From assembly GCA_038496445.1 (NCBI GenBank), contig JALMLS010000489.1, positions 62,001-126,000 on the forward strand: a stretch of 64,000 nt of DNA, given 5' to 3'. The notes under the pieces are model-generated. The model was not told the DNA's origin. It did not search any database and saw nothing but the letters and a program-made list of their open reading frames with translations. Numbering within the stretch: the first letter of the stretch is position 1; each line of letters begins with the position of its first letter. The position numbers were made by a program, and so were the translations under genes. The stretch is from Trichosphaerium sp. ATCC 40318. Taxonomy: Eukaryota; Protista; Tubulinea. Positions 13,162 to 26,419 of the stretch are shown here, piece after piece.

Positions 13162-16100
13162 CTATTTGAAGTAACAGAACAGGTGAGTGCCCCTTCAAGC
13201 AAGTAATCTGTCCAGAATTACCAAAAGGTAGCGTAAAAACACCAGCAACACCTAATCTCAATTCTTCTTCATCCTCGACAGTAAACGAAACACCTCCTTC
13301 GGTGACAGAAAAAGTCTAAAGAAAAAAAATCCATTAAAACAAAGACAACAACATGACACACTCATTAATTATTTTATAGTACTAAAAACGTCTTTTTATG
13401 GATAGATAGTGAATCTAACACAACCGAAAAAGATTTATGAAAGTTTTGTTTGTTTTGGTAAACGAAGATGTCGTTCGGTTTTTGAGAAAAAAATGAGAAG
13501 GAAAAAAACGAGAGATTCGACCAACGTACGTATGTAGTGTCTTCTGATTCTGGTAGATCCATAACGGCACCTGCAGCCATCTTTATAACTGTAAGCTGGG
13601 AGTCGTTTGGATATACTTCTGAGACTTGAACTTTTTTATTTATTGTTCCGTCTTCATTTATATAAGGCTTCCAATCAAATGTCTGTTTAGAAGCGCCAAT
13701 AACTTTCGAAGAAACAAAAATTAGCAAAAAGAAAAATATGAACCATTTGCTGCCAATTGTCGTTACGTACGTCTTTTAACCCTTGTGTTTTTACCTTCAC
13801 CTGGTATGTAAATCTCTGTACCAGTATACGAACTATCAGTCTCATCCTAAAGCAATAATTAGTCAAACACCAGAAAGGTTCCAAGAAAGGCCAACATAAC
13901 ACCATATGGTGTTGCCCTTTGATCAAAAGATGTATTAGACATACCTCTACAACACCTCGTTTTCGTCTTTTTGCTCTAGGTTTTGTCTTTTTCTTCTCTT
14001 GATCAGGGATGAATACTTTAGAAGGTGCAGGAAAGATGGAAGACTTTCTTCTCCGGTAAACAACTTTTTGTCCTTTCCACCATTGAAGAGGAGGAACACG
14101 CCTTCTTCCTGATCTCCTTACAGTTCCATCACCCTCATCCTTAGCTTCAAACTCTTCTATAGGTATACTATGACCAGCAACACTAAAACATAAACAAATC
14201 AGATCACTGAAGGGAGAGAAAAAACAGGAGGAGAAATCTCAATAAAAAGACCTTTTTTCAAAAACAAGACTTATTTCATACCCATCAAATTCTGCCTCTC
14301 CAACAGCTGTATTGGAAATACCACCAACAATTTCTTCTTCAGATTCCGATTCAGAATCAGACTCCTGACGCTTACGTTTCCTATAATTTTCAAGTCAGAC
14401 TACCATACAAAAAGATAAAAAAACTTGCGACAAACTAACCTAGTGTTTGACTTTTTAGCAGTTGGTTTCTTTGTGCTTGTTTTTCTAGCTTTAGACTTTT
14501 TTGCTTTACCCCTCGTTTGTTTCTTTGGAGGTGAAGATACAGCAGAAGAAGTAGCTAAAGATGACATTGAATACTTGCTTATCCTTGCTGACCTTCGTCT
14601 AGTTTCTACAGGAGAAGCAACAGGAGAAGGGGCAGGGGAAACAGCGGACATATGCTCAGAAGAGTCATACCCAACAGAAACATTGTTATCGTCATCAAAA
14701 GGAACCTCTTCAACAACAGACTCTTGCTCAACATCACTAGGCTCGCTAGCCTCGCTTTCACTCTATTGTGTTGTTTAGAAAGACCCAACCCGATTCAGGG
14801 ATATGAAATATACGTACTTCTTGAGGAACTGTTCTTCTGGAGCTTTTACGCTTTCTTCTATTTCTTACGAGTTCTACTTCGTCCTAGCGCAAAAAGTAAG
14901 CCAAAACAAACTTCGAGAAAGTGTTAGTGAGTTATTTACATACCTCTGAGTACAATGATGCGCTTTCAGCATCTGGCATAGCCTTTTTTTGAGAAGTGTT
15001 AGTAAGAGTATATTTGGCAAGAGTTCCAAAAAGCTCACCTCATCAAGATCATCCAACTCATCAAATAGACCATCACCTTGACTTCCCTCATCACTTAAAT
15101 TCAATGGTAGTGGTCCATCAGATCGTCTTCTACGAGAACGCCTGTAGTAAAAGTATATCAGCACGCGCACAAAGCACAAAAGCGACAAACAATGAAATGT
15201 AATGAAAAAAAAAATCATTAACTTCTAACGTACTTGCTGCTTTCCGATACTACACCAGATTGTGGAGAGTCCTGGATTATACCAGCACTCTCTGGTGTGT
15301 TATATACTGATAGAGGCGATGGTACTGATAACATAGACATCTTACGTCTAGTATTTTTTGGAGTCTTAGGGCTATCTGAAACAACCGTAGAACGAGTCAC
15401 ACGCCTTGACCGGGTTGTTGGTGGCGTCTTATGACCTTTCGGTGTCTTTTTAGGCGTCTTCTTAGGTGTCTTTTTTGGTGTCTTCTTCGGCGTCTTTACA
15501 GTTTTTTTCGTGACCGCTTGTTTCTTTGCTGATGCCTTTGGTGTACGTCTTATTTGGATCACTTTTCTACCTTTCTTTGAAGTAGACTGTGCAGGAGTCT
15601 TAGGCTTCGCAGCCTTCTTTGCTGATCTCTTTGGTGTACGTAAAGCAGATCGTCTATTTTTCGATGCTGCTTTTGTTGTTTGTTTCTTTGCTGATGATCG
15701 TGTACGAGAACCTACAAAAGAGTCCTCTTCTGGTGAAGAATACACCTCTTCTTCTTCTTCAGACTCTTCAACTTCTTGTTCTTCCACAGCAACGTCTTCT
15801 TCGACTTCTTCTTCACCAGAGCTTTCTACACTTTCTTCTTCGCTCTCTTCGCTCTCTTCGCTTCCGCTCTCTTCTCCTGAATCAACTGACGAGTCTTCCT
15901 CAGATCCTTCTTCAGATTCTGAACCTGATTCCTCTTCATGCTCTTCTGGGCGTTTTGGTGTCACTGTAAGGGCGTAAGAACGTGTTGTGTAATTTCTGAC
16001 GTTTTAAATCAAAAAAGTGGCGGTTAGAAATTTTTGCGGCTTATGCGTACTTGAAATTTTGGTTGGGCGTGGTACGTAATCTATGGTACTCAGTTAGACG

Positions 16101-16177
16101 CGTTAAGCAGGGTTTGATGTAATTTTCTCACCTGACGCCACCATTACTTTTTTAATAAAGTCCTCTGGGTCATCCAT
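13162..16177 (-). CDS. CENPC: Centromere protein C (CENP-C/Mif2); first exons approximate
   Basis: CENP-C motif VRRSGRRRVPPLQWWKGQKVVY at about 14055-14120; C-terminal cupin-like region (QLTVIKMAAGAVMDLP...FSVTEGGVSFTV...GVFTLPFGNSGQI); acidic/basic disordered N-terminus; TAG at 13162-13164. Confidence 0.9.
15450..15500 (-). repeat. Tandem 12-bp coding repeat encoding (KTPK)x5 in CENP-C
   Basis: Translation KTPKKTPKKTPKKTPKKTPK. Confidence 0.85.
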
Positions 16178-16199
16178 GCCACTAGCGAGTTTTTTGGGA

Positions 16200-16545
16200 G
16201 GATTGTAAAAATAATCTACTCTGGCACCCGTTCGGCTACAAAAGTATTAGCAATGTAGAAATTTACGCGTATAGATGCGAAATGACACTCTAAAACATAG
16301 TTTTAAAAGAGAAGCCGTTAAATTGGCTTGGTACTCTAAATCATGCAACCATGATAGCGCAATTTACGAATCGAATACGTACGGTCCACGGTTTGGGTCA
16401 CCAGCATATTTGCCAGTGTATATACGTGACGGGCTTGTCATTAGTATTGAACCTATTTTACGTTATGCACGGTTTTGTTAATCGAAGGCGGGAAATATTA
16501 GTTTTGTGGTCAAATTTCATTCAAAGTCAAAAACGGCCAAACGAC
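16200..16545. promoter_or_regulatory. Bidirectional promoter between CENP-C and APC13 with E2F-like and MCB-like sites
   Basis: GGCGGGAAA (=TTTCCCGCC) at 16487-16495; ACGCGT at 16265-16270; AACGG/CCGTT near 16228 and 16532. Confidence 0.5.
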
Positions 16546-16914
16546 ATGTCTCTGGTACGCACGACGCGTTTTTAGCCAAAGGGTGAATACCTTGTTAATT
16601 ACTAAGCAGGACAGCATTTTTACACATAGATACAACCGACCAGATGTCTACATTGATATAATAGATGATAAATGGCTTAGAGCGCAGCTTCCTGATGAAA
16701 GTACGCAGTTTAACTGTTAAACACCTTATTTACCACCAAACAGTTATAAACTGCGCCGGTAAGGAAAACAGTGACGACGAAGAAGACTTTGGTACGCCTT
16801 CAGCCTTTTAGAGTGCCAAGACCACGGTTTATCGTATAACGCTTCGTCGTAGGCTTTCTAGAACAAGAGCAATGGAATGAAACCGGCTTATCTGATCCAG
16901 AGCGTACATCATAA
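16546..16914 (+). CDS. ANAPC13: Anaphase-promoting complex subunit 13 (4 short exons; absent from ORF track)
   Basis: Spliced MSL|QDSIFTHRYNRPDVYIDIIDDKWLRAQLPDE|IINCAGKENSDDEEDF|EQEQWNETGLSD matches the Apc13 pattern D(I/L)IDD.W....LP.(D/E)...W.(D/E).GL. Confidence 0.8.
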
Positions 16915-17090
16915 CTTTGACGCTACCACGTGTAAATAGTCACCGAGCCACGTCAACACAACACTTACGCACGTAGCGCACGTAAGCCATTTAGGTTTGG
17001 CAAAGCTTAGAATGTAATTATAAACAATTTTGACTTAATTTGATCAAAAGTGCTAAAAAAAAAATTGTACCCTATTGTAAACCACTTATA

Positions 17091-18188
17091 ATGTCTGAGC
17101 CAAGTGCGGATACATCAAAGGCGGCAAAAGGAGGCGAAACCAAGCAAGAAAACAAGAGCAAAGGCCAAGTAGTGCCAAGTGGCGATAAACATCCACTAAA
17201 ATACCAGTACACCTTTCACTTCCTCCGACGACAAACTGGTGGCGCTCGGTTTCAAGATAATTATGAACAGAGTGTAAAAGAAATTGGCTCGTTTGGTACT
17301 GTAAGTAGTATTACTAGCGCAGTGGCATTTTCACTGTAAACGGTCTATACTTTTGCTTTGTATTCCACTTAGGACGCGTATTGCAGCGCCGCTTCAGTTT
17401 TTGTGCTTATTTTCGCGTAGGTAGAGGATTTCTGGGCGTATTACAATCATATAATTCGTCCAAACGATTTACCATACGCTTGCGACTACCAACTGTTCAA
17501 GAAGGGAATAAAACCTTTGTGGGAGGTACGCAATTACAGTTTACCACTATTTTACGTCATATACACTATCGCAACGCTTGTGTACACTCAAAATAGCGTA
17601 GAGAATCGCCAAAGAGTTCTTTTAAGCTTAAAATTAGTTTAAAACTCATTTTTTTTTTCTAAACGATCATGTATCTGACACCTTATAGGACGACGCAAAT
17701 AGAAACGGTGGTAAGTACATCATCCGTGCACCTAAAAAAAAGAAGATGGCAAGCAAGTGGTGGGAAGACTTAATTTTAGCGTTTATTGGCGAACAGTTTG
17801 ATGTTGGTGATGAAATTTGTGGTTTGGTGAGTTAAAAAAAACCCAAGGGATCTATCATTTACTCGTTGGGTTTATTGAACAAAATCACTCCGCATAGTTA
17901 AAACCGATTTTTTTCTTACTTTTTTTTTTTCGTTTTCTTTTTATTTTTCCTCTTCCTCGTCTTTATACTTAATAATAGTTATTTATCCATGTTTAATAGG
18001 TTGTTTCTGTACGTTACAATGAGGATATTTTTTCGATATGGAATAGAAATGCTCGTAATGAGGAAATGAAGAGAAAAATCCAAGATGTTGTTAAAAGTAT
18101 CTTTGGTCTTCCTGAGACTACAGGATTAGAATACAAGGCTCATCCTTCAGCTCATGCAAATCAAAAGGATACTAGTCACGGTGTGTAA
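17091..18188 (+). CDS. EIF4E2: Cap-binding eIF4E family member, class II (4EHP-like)
   Basis: HPLKYQYTF, NYEQ, VEDFWAYY, LFKKGIKPLWEDDANRNGGK, WWEDLILAFIGEQF, ICGLVVSVR, SIWNRN, EYKAH; 3 introns. Confidence 0.85.
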
Positions 18189-18442
18189 TTGTATTTTCCT
18201 TAATGCGATAAGAGGGAATGCGCAAAACCTATGAGCCGTATCTTTGGGCAATCATAATGTAAAACTTGTGTAAAAAGGAAAAAAAAATAAAATTGAATCA
18301 ATTCAAAACCAACACTGAGGAGTTTGAACAATTCGTACTCTGTGTATGTGAATCAAATGTCATGATATCATGATGCAACATCATTTGATATTACGAGTTG
18401 TGATTGACTGTATCAGAAGCTATTTATTTAGTCAGTTTTTTT

Positions 18443-19867
18443 TTACATTGTTGAACATCTGCGCTCTGGTTCTTCTTCTACTGAGTTCTCAGGTTCTGGG
18501 TGATATGTTTTTTTAATCCATTTAGCCCATTTGATTGGTATTATCTCCTTGACATCTTTTGGAACTTCGGTTGTAATCCTACAAACAAAAATCAGGTCAT
18601 TGATGTTTTACACCTTTTTTGTCATACCTGAACTGGAATGGACCATTCAAGAATGTTTCTCTATCTTCTCTCCATGTGAATAAACCTGTACCAGCTCCAA
18701 TATGGAAAGGATTCAATTCTATTACCATTACACGGAGAGTTTCAGGGTTTACGAAAAAGTCAATGACATAAGAAGGATGAGGTAGTTTATCTTTTATATC
18801 ATCGAAGAATGTCAATACAGCCTTTTCGACTTTATCTTTAATATCAACCAAAAGCTGAGAACGAGCAAAACAAAAATACTGTGTCATAGCATTGAGTTTT
18901 TTATCATTAACGAAAGCTCTAAATTCCTAAAAAAGTGTCAACCAAAATGTTAAAATGTCAAATAAAATGATTAGTAACAAACCATTTCTGGGTACTCTAT
19001 CATAACATCAAGCCATTCTCTAAATATTAAACTCCCCTCGAATAAATCCTTACCAAAGTTAAGAACCCTACTGAGATCTTCTCTGACACGTGTGCTTCGT
19101 AATAAGAGCTAGAACAAAGAAAAATCAATATGACAAAGAAGTAAACAAAAAACATACATCCATCACTTCAGATGCCTTTGTTACTTTAAGAGCTTTGTTC
19201 GTTGCTTTAACAAAAGCCCATACTTCCTCGTTATCATTGTATTTATCCTTAGGTATCTTTTTAAACTCTGTATCAATCAATTGTTGTGTTTGAACATTTG
19301 CAGCGTCATATACAGGCACATCTTTAGGAGATCTTGTGTTTAGTTTCTAAAGAGACATTTAACATTTATAAGTCTTTGTTGAAGATCTTACAAAAAAAGC
19401 GCCGTTGGGGAACTTGAGCAATTCTTTCGCCACTTTTTCTTCTAGAGTGTCTAGTATAGCCTGACGGTTGTCAATTTTGTCGTTACGATCTATAATGGCG
19501 TCGGCCTATGTGTTGTGGTTAGAGAATGTAGTTTTCTGAACCGTGTATAACTCACTTCTTCATAGGTGAGCTCTAGGAAGTTTGTTTTGAATGTGTGTTC
19601 CGACAAATTATCGTACCATGATGAAATACCTTCTTTCATTAGTACTACGCATCTGTATACTCGTACCGTATGATTTGGTGTAGTAGAAGCGTCTATACAA
19701 TTCTACATCCTCAGGGTCCAATCCAAGCTTTAAAACATCTTCGTCTATGCAATATAAGTGAAAAGAAAACGCGTTGGGTCGTGTCACGTACCAGTTAGTA
19801 ATAGGGAGCTTTTAAATTCAGTACGTTCTTTCTCTGAGGGTTTTAGTTCCGGTTGCGTTTCAGCCAT
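18443..19867 (-). CDS. Cdc123/D123-like (R2K) ATP-grasp protein with C-terminal CaaX
   Basis: LNTRSPKD, EFRAFV...AMTQYF, YVIDF, VIELNPF...GTGLFTW..D motifs; ends RRCSTM-stop. Confidence 0.8.
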
Positions 19868-20064
19868 GGTGATGTTGTGTTTTATTGGTTCTATTTTTGT
19901 TTACCTTCGCTGAACGCGACTTAAGTAGAGTTAATACTGATAAACTACTTTGTGCAGGATAGTGCTACATCCATAATGATAGGTGGCTATATCAGATAGA
20001 GTCACGTGACTGATGAGATGCGTTTTTTTTTGTGTATTTTGCAAACTTATTGTAATGTCGAAAC

Positions 20065-23000
20065 ATGCGAAAAGCACTGAGTTATCACAAGAAACCTTTC
20101 AAAGCGCCCAAGAGCGTAAAAAAGCGTTTTGTAAGGCGTCAAAGGCGTAGAACACAACATCGTGAGTTTTTTGACATTGTATTGGCAAAAGAATTGCGTG
20201 TGTATACTCTGGATGATTGGTATACCATTACTGGCGCCAAAATACGAAAGTACTTTGGTGAAGGATGTCTGCACAATTTTGGGCAATCATTACATCGTGC
20301 ACTGCGTTTTTTGTACCCTGGGAGCGCCTGGGAACAATGGAGATTCGCGTACGTTTAACTGCAACAATAATTTTAGATTAGTTATCCTTGCGTGCTACTA
20401 CTACGCCTAAAACCACAAAACAGATAATATACACTTTCATTTTGATTTTCTGACCGCAAGCCACTAGCAACGCGCCAGCATTGACTTGGAAGGTAAAATC
20501 CAACCGCAGAAACAAATTAAACGTGATTGCCGCAGCTCTAAACGTCAAAATTTTGGATGATTGGTATCGCTGCAAAACGCGAGATATTTACGATTTAGGT
20601 GGCACTATGGCTATCAATGGATCGTACGATCGTACTCCAAACAAGTGTATTGACTCATTAATCATAGTAAGAAGAAGACTAGTTCGCTCTATGGAGCTCT
20701 CAAAGACATTTTTCCAAACCATGAGTGGATAGCAGAAAAATTTAGGTTTGACTTTGTTTCAATTTTTGTCGCTTACTTTAGATTGGTAGCGGCTTCTCAA
20801 AGATGAATACTAACGTAAGAGAACAGCGTGTACTATTTGATAGTATTGGAGAACGTCTTGAATTCAAGATATTGGATGATTGGTATAAAGTTTCCTTGGA
20901 GCAAATTATTAATCATAGCGGCTCTTCTGCGCTAATAAAGTACGTTATACTGACTTCAACTTGTCACTCATGAAACCAAGGTATGGTGGATCTATCATAC
21001 GTTGTATGCAGAGTGTGTACCCACGTTTTCAATGGGATAACTCAAAGTTTGTGTGCGTTGGAGTTATAATAGAGTGACACTTATTTTTTTCTTAAAGTGT
21101 AGCTACTTCTGTGAACTGGAACAATACGGCAGCTCATCGTGTGAGATTAAATCATATAGCTAAGTCACTGGGTGTAAAAGTGCTAGATGATTGGTACATT
21201 ACAACATTATCAGATCTGAGTGAAGAAACAGGTGGCCTTGCTTTAGCAAGTTGGTACTTATCCCTTTCTTGTTTTGTCACTTTCTTTCTGCAATGTCGCT
21301 GATCCTGAGTTTCTTTTTAGTTATGGCAATAGTTTATGTGATATGTTGAATGAGATTTATAACGAGCGATTATGGGAGCCATGGCAATTCCAGTACTTAT
21401 TTTAAGTTCTTGTTGTATTTTGTTAAAGCCCAACCAAGCTAATCTGTTGTTCTAAAAAACAGGCGTGTACCGCAGTCATATGCTCCATCTCATAGTAATG
21501 AACGTCAGCAACGGGCACTGAATACATTTGCATCTGTTAATCGTATAATGACTCTTGACGATTGGTATAATATAAAGCAAAGAGATGTATCTAATTTAAA
21601 ACAAGGCGTACATTTTCAGAAGTAAGTCATTTTTTTTTGATGCTGTGTATCAATATTACCTTACCTTATGATACTTATTAGATATGATTTCTCACTGTCA
21701 AAAATGTTTTCCACAGTGTATCCAGACTTTGAATGGGACCGCTTCAGCTTTGTGTAAGTGTCTTCTTCTTTTTTTTTTTGTTGTTGAAAGTTTATGATTT
21801 GTTTAGGAATACTTTAGCTGGCTACTGGAGTTCGACAATGGATAAGCTTGGTAAAAAGTTTAATATTAAGATTCTTGATGATTGGTATTCTATATCTCAA
21901 GATAAGCTTGTTAGAAACGCTATGGGAGCAGCAGTGTTAAATGAGTATGTCAGAAAAATACTTTATTCAAAAAAAACACTTTTATCTCATGTACTTTAAT
22001 AATAACTTCCAAATAGATTTACAACAATCAGCAAAGCGTTGATAGAGATGTATCCAAAGTATACGTGGAAGTCATGGAAATTTAGGTATGGAATTAACAA
22101 AGAGAGAACAAAAAATTTAAAGGATTTAATTTGTATCGTTGTAGTTCAACTCACCATGGTTACTGGACTGATAAAGACAACCAGATATCTTTTGTAAATA
22201 CTCTAGAGAAGAAGCTTAGTATCACACATCCGGATAACTGGTAACTACAAGAGCACTGAACTTTCAAACACGCTTATGTTTTTTTCTCAAAAGGTGGCGT
22301 GTTTCAAAAAATCAACTTTGGGCACTGGGCGGAGGCTCCTTACTAGGTTCTATTCCAAAGGTTCGTCGTTATCGCCTAGCTATTTATAATGATATTTTTT
22401 TTACCAGATACTGGGCGAGAGGTACCCTGGATGGTCTGCACCACAGGCGTTTCCTACATTTCAAAAATGCACACAAAAGTGAGGGTTATTTTTTTTGTTG
22501 TTAACTTCACGTTTTTGCTTATATTTCTTTTAGTGCGCTTGTAAGGAGTGTTAAAGAGATATTCCCCGATTCTATCGTAATTGAGGAACATTTAATATCG
22601 TCGAGGTTCTTGACAGGTGTCAGTCTATCTGTAGATATCTTTGTACCGCATTACAACCTTGCTTTGGAGTATCAAGGTAACCTATTAGTTTTTTTCTTGT
22701 TTGGTGAAGATGTTGTCGCTAACCAAAACTCCTTTGCTATTAGGGGAACATCACTACGTAGATAATATAGGGAATTCTTTACCAACTCATGTTTATGAGG
22801 CTTTGGATAGTGAGAAGCAGGAGTTGTGCCACCAACTTGGTAAGCTCAAGCGTTAACTTTTTTTCATCGAGATTTATTGTTTGCAGGTATTACGCTTGTT
22901 TGTGTACCTTATTGGTGGCAAGGTGACACCAATTCTATAGCTTTATCCATACAGGAGACTTCCCCAACTATTGGGGAGAAAATGGCTGTTACACCAACAA

Positions 23001-23126
23001 TTTCGTCGTTTCTATCTAAACCTATTGGTATACGAACTTCTTTTTCTCTTTTGCTTGTTTGATTTGTGGTTCTTATAACTTCTTGTAGTACCAACTCTTG
23101 CAGTTATGTCGCCGAGAAGCATTTAA
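20065..23126 (+). CDS. LDDWY-repeat protein (about 7 repeats) with a C-terminal PD-(D/E)XK/DUF559/RAP-like nuclease-fold domain
   Basis: Repeat pattern W...L.(V/I)K.LDDWY......GG.....Y..S....L...YP...W...F; C-terminus VDIFVPHYNLALEYQGEHHY...EKQELCHQLGITLVCVPYWW. Confidence 0.8.
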
Positions 23127-23402
23127 AACTATAGTGAGCTCAAACAATTCACAAATCTCTGTCTCCTATGGAGTGTTCACAGGTAAGTGACCTTCCTATC
23201 TGAAAAAGCATATTTTGGTATCTTTATTTATCCACGTGCTAATTGGGTCTAAAAATAGTTGGCATAATTTTTCAGTGTTTGGTTGGCGGAACTAATAATG
23301 TGTATATGTATCACATCAAAGTCGCTTACATATACTTCCAGAAGCCTGCGGAGTGATTTTCAATACTAAAAATGATTTGTTGATTTGTCAGCACGTTAAA
23401 GT

Positions 23403-23460
23403 GCACTACATTCACTACACGCTCACTACATTCACTACATTCACTATATTCACGTGATCA
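23403..23460 (+). promoter_or_regulatory. CACTACATT tandem repeat ending in CACGTG upstream of secreted gene copy 1; related blocks near 27130 and 33275
   Basis: About 5 imperfect 9-mers at the same relative position before each paralog. Confidence 0.5.
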
Positions 23461-24058
23461 AAACCGTTAAACTTTACAAACGCGATGCGCTAAAATATTC
23501 GGAGATTTAAACAACGGTATCGTCTTTAAAGTCAAAAGAGAGTGAGTCTATAATGTTACAAGTGAGATGTAGTACTCCGGTGAGTAGATGAAGCCAATAA
23601 TTTAATTCCTGAACGTAAAACCTGCAGTTTCTAATGTTTGTTGAAGTAGGGTTCATTCAGCGCCTCTTTTTGTTGAGATAAATACCCACATACAACCATC
23701 CGAGATTATGTGTGATATCCGCGAAGAAGTAGTGCAGGTTTGTGCTACAAAGATGTGGCCCAGGAATACAAGCTTTTACAAATGATTTGTTTGACTTGAA
23801 GGGTTGTACGGGATGCTTACAAGCTTGTGAATATTCTAGAAAACTACAACAAACACTTTTTTGTCTTCGGGCCCAAACACAAAACACAAACGTGTTAACG
23901 TAGAGAGCAGTTTGTTTCTCTTCGAGGCCACAAAGCATTGCCCGCAAACAACTATTTCCCCGAACTCACACAATGATTCACATCAACCTGCATGTGTCAA
24001 AATCAATCATAAAACAAAACAAACCAAATAACAACAACAGCAACAACACAAGTTAAAT

Positions 24059-25960
24059 ATGAATAGCTGTACAATCTTAATTGTACTATGCACACGTACG
24101 TAGTATCGCAACGATTTCTATGCCTATTTTGCGCTGTTTTTTTGTTTGTGGTGCCGTGGAATTAACATTTATCTTTATAGTCTTTGTAATGGCATTTGCT
24201 GGGGATGCACCTGAACCTGAGATTTGTGAGACGTGCACGAACTGCGATATTGGGTCCTGCTATTATGCAGGAGAGGCTTGCTACCAAATGTATATGGATG
24301 GTCAGTGTTGGATGATAGGAGTCGAGCATGTCGATAGAAACAGTACGTGTTGTGGTTTTTGTGGTTTTTTTTCCCCATTGTGTTTTTAGTATATCTGTGT
24401 TGCTCACATTTATGCTAGTCGATATGGAAACCGATTTAACATATCCTTGTCTTATTTTCGACGCGGATGTTGAATTTTACGGCCGCATTACCGGAACGAA
24501 TGGGAATGACTGTCTCATCACCATGTATGGAGTTGGGCTTCATTCACAAGTAGATCTAAAAGGTGGAAATGACTTTGTCGGTATGTTTCCTTACAGTTAC
24601 CACGAAGGAGACATGGTAATGGGTATGTTACGGTTATTTTTATTTGTTTTTGAACACAAAGGATAACCTTTTAATACAGGAGGTGGTGATGATTGTCACA
24701 TTGGTGCAGGTCATCACACGCATGACATAAACGCAGGATCTGGAAATGATAATATTTTTTCTTTTATGCGTTATCCAGAGTAAGTATTTTTGTTGTTCGT
24801 CATAAACCAAGTTGTTAATATTTAACCTCTTTTTAGGTATGAAGAATTCCGTATGGGAAGTGGCGATGATTGTTTACTATTTAATGTTTATCCTGGACTC
24901 TTTGGACCCCCAGGTAAGAAGAAGAGAGATGGAAGTATGACATTAAGTGACTTGGATGCTAGTACGTTGTCTTTTTTGTTGAATGTGCTTTAATAGAGCA
25001 GTTATCCGTTTATTCTTCACGTACTCAGACACTTTTTGTAGTTAATCAAGACGATTCACCAATGGATAATTATTTCAGGATGCTGGTTCAACAAGGAGAC
25101 GAAATGCAGCCAGGCAGTAAACGAGCACAGGAATTTGAAATTAAATATAATTTAACAAAATATGCTAAGAAACGTTCCACTGAGGGCAAGGAACCTTATT
25201 ATCCTATTGGTGACGTTTTTCTTAATGCCGGAAATGATTGTGTATTATATGCGCAAATGGGCGTTGGAGGGCAAACAAGAGGTATGTTCGCACATTCTTA
25301 ATATTTTCTTATTTTGAATTTACACAAGCAAAAAAAACCCTTTTGAGGGCTGACCCTCATCAGTATCCTTTTTCAATATTCGCTCCAAATTTAAATAGAT
25401 CCTGTTTAATCTATCATGTGACACTTGATTTAAAGAAATGTTTAGCGGGACCTGGAGATGATTGTGTTTTGGGATTTCAATTTGGTTTGGGTGATGACAT
25501 CATTGCTGGGTCAGGTGATGATGTTGTAGATATTATGTACTGGGGTAGTATTGACAACGATAATTTACGTTTCCTTGGTGGCTCAGGAGATGATTATATT
25601 TCTGTACGTCTAGGTGACAGTCCGTCGCCTAGTCGTCGCCACGAGATTAATGGAGGACGTGATACAGATTTTTGCTGTAGCAGATTTTTCCCACCACCAG
25701 CAACCTCAACGCCAGACCCAACATCAACACCAGACCCAACATCAACGCCAGACCCAACCTCAACACCAGACCCAACATCAACACCAGACCCAACATCAAC
25801 ACCAGACCCAACCTCAACGCCAGACCCAACCTCAACACCAGACCCAACACAGTCAACCCGAAAACGTAAGAGACAAGAAGGATATGGTGGACCTCCAATG
25901 GCTGTTGATATCATAAGAGCATGTGAAGAGCGTTGTACTATGCCTTTATCGCCTCCTTGA
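24059..25960 (+). CDS. Secreted Cys-rich GxGDD (RTX/hemolysin-type beta-roll-like) proprotein, copy 1
   Basis: Signal peptide MNSCTILIVLCT|LFVMAFAG; repeated GGGDDC, GSGND, GSGDDC, AGNDC, GPGDDC, GSGDD, GGRDTD; KKKR, KR and RKRKR sites; about 6 introns. Confidence 0.75.
25703..25846 (+). repeat. 18-bp coding minisatellite (TSTPDP)x8
   Basis: Units ac(a/c)tcaac(a/g)ccagaccca. Confidence 0.95.
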
Positions 25961-26419
25961 TATTGCTTTTGGGTTTTTCTTTGACTTGCTTTACAGACTT
26001 GTTTCAAGTCAAGACAAAGAAAAAAATCAAATACCTAACAGCATAAACAAAATATGTAAATAAAACGTTTTACATTACAACAGAGCTGTCTGGATTCAAG
26101 TACTTTATTCATTTGTTTTTTTTCTGTACACATCTTGCTCTGTATCTGAACTGTTCGTATTTTTGATTACTAAATCAGATAATGTGCAATACATAAAGAC
26201 TTTGTAGGTTACATTGCTCACCTATCATGAATTGCCCTTTACCAGCATGTAACCATTCGCTACAAGTACTGATGATTTCTTTATTATTGGAGCTCAATGT
26301 ATTTGAAATTCTGTTGGACAAATTGAATAATAAAACTCACAATGAAGTTCAACCCAGTAACATGGAAAAATATTGAATTAAAAAGCATCAAAACAATTTT
26401 GAATGAAATACCATAAGGT

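Noticed and set aside
15234-15977. Plus-strand ORFs of 66-155 aa
   Set aside because: Antisense shadows of the low-complexity CENP-C exon
25703-25846. CRISPR-like array
   Set aside because: No spacers; it is an in-frame coding minisatellite in a eukaryotic gene
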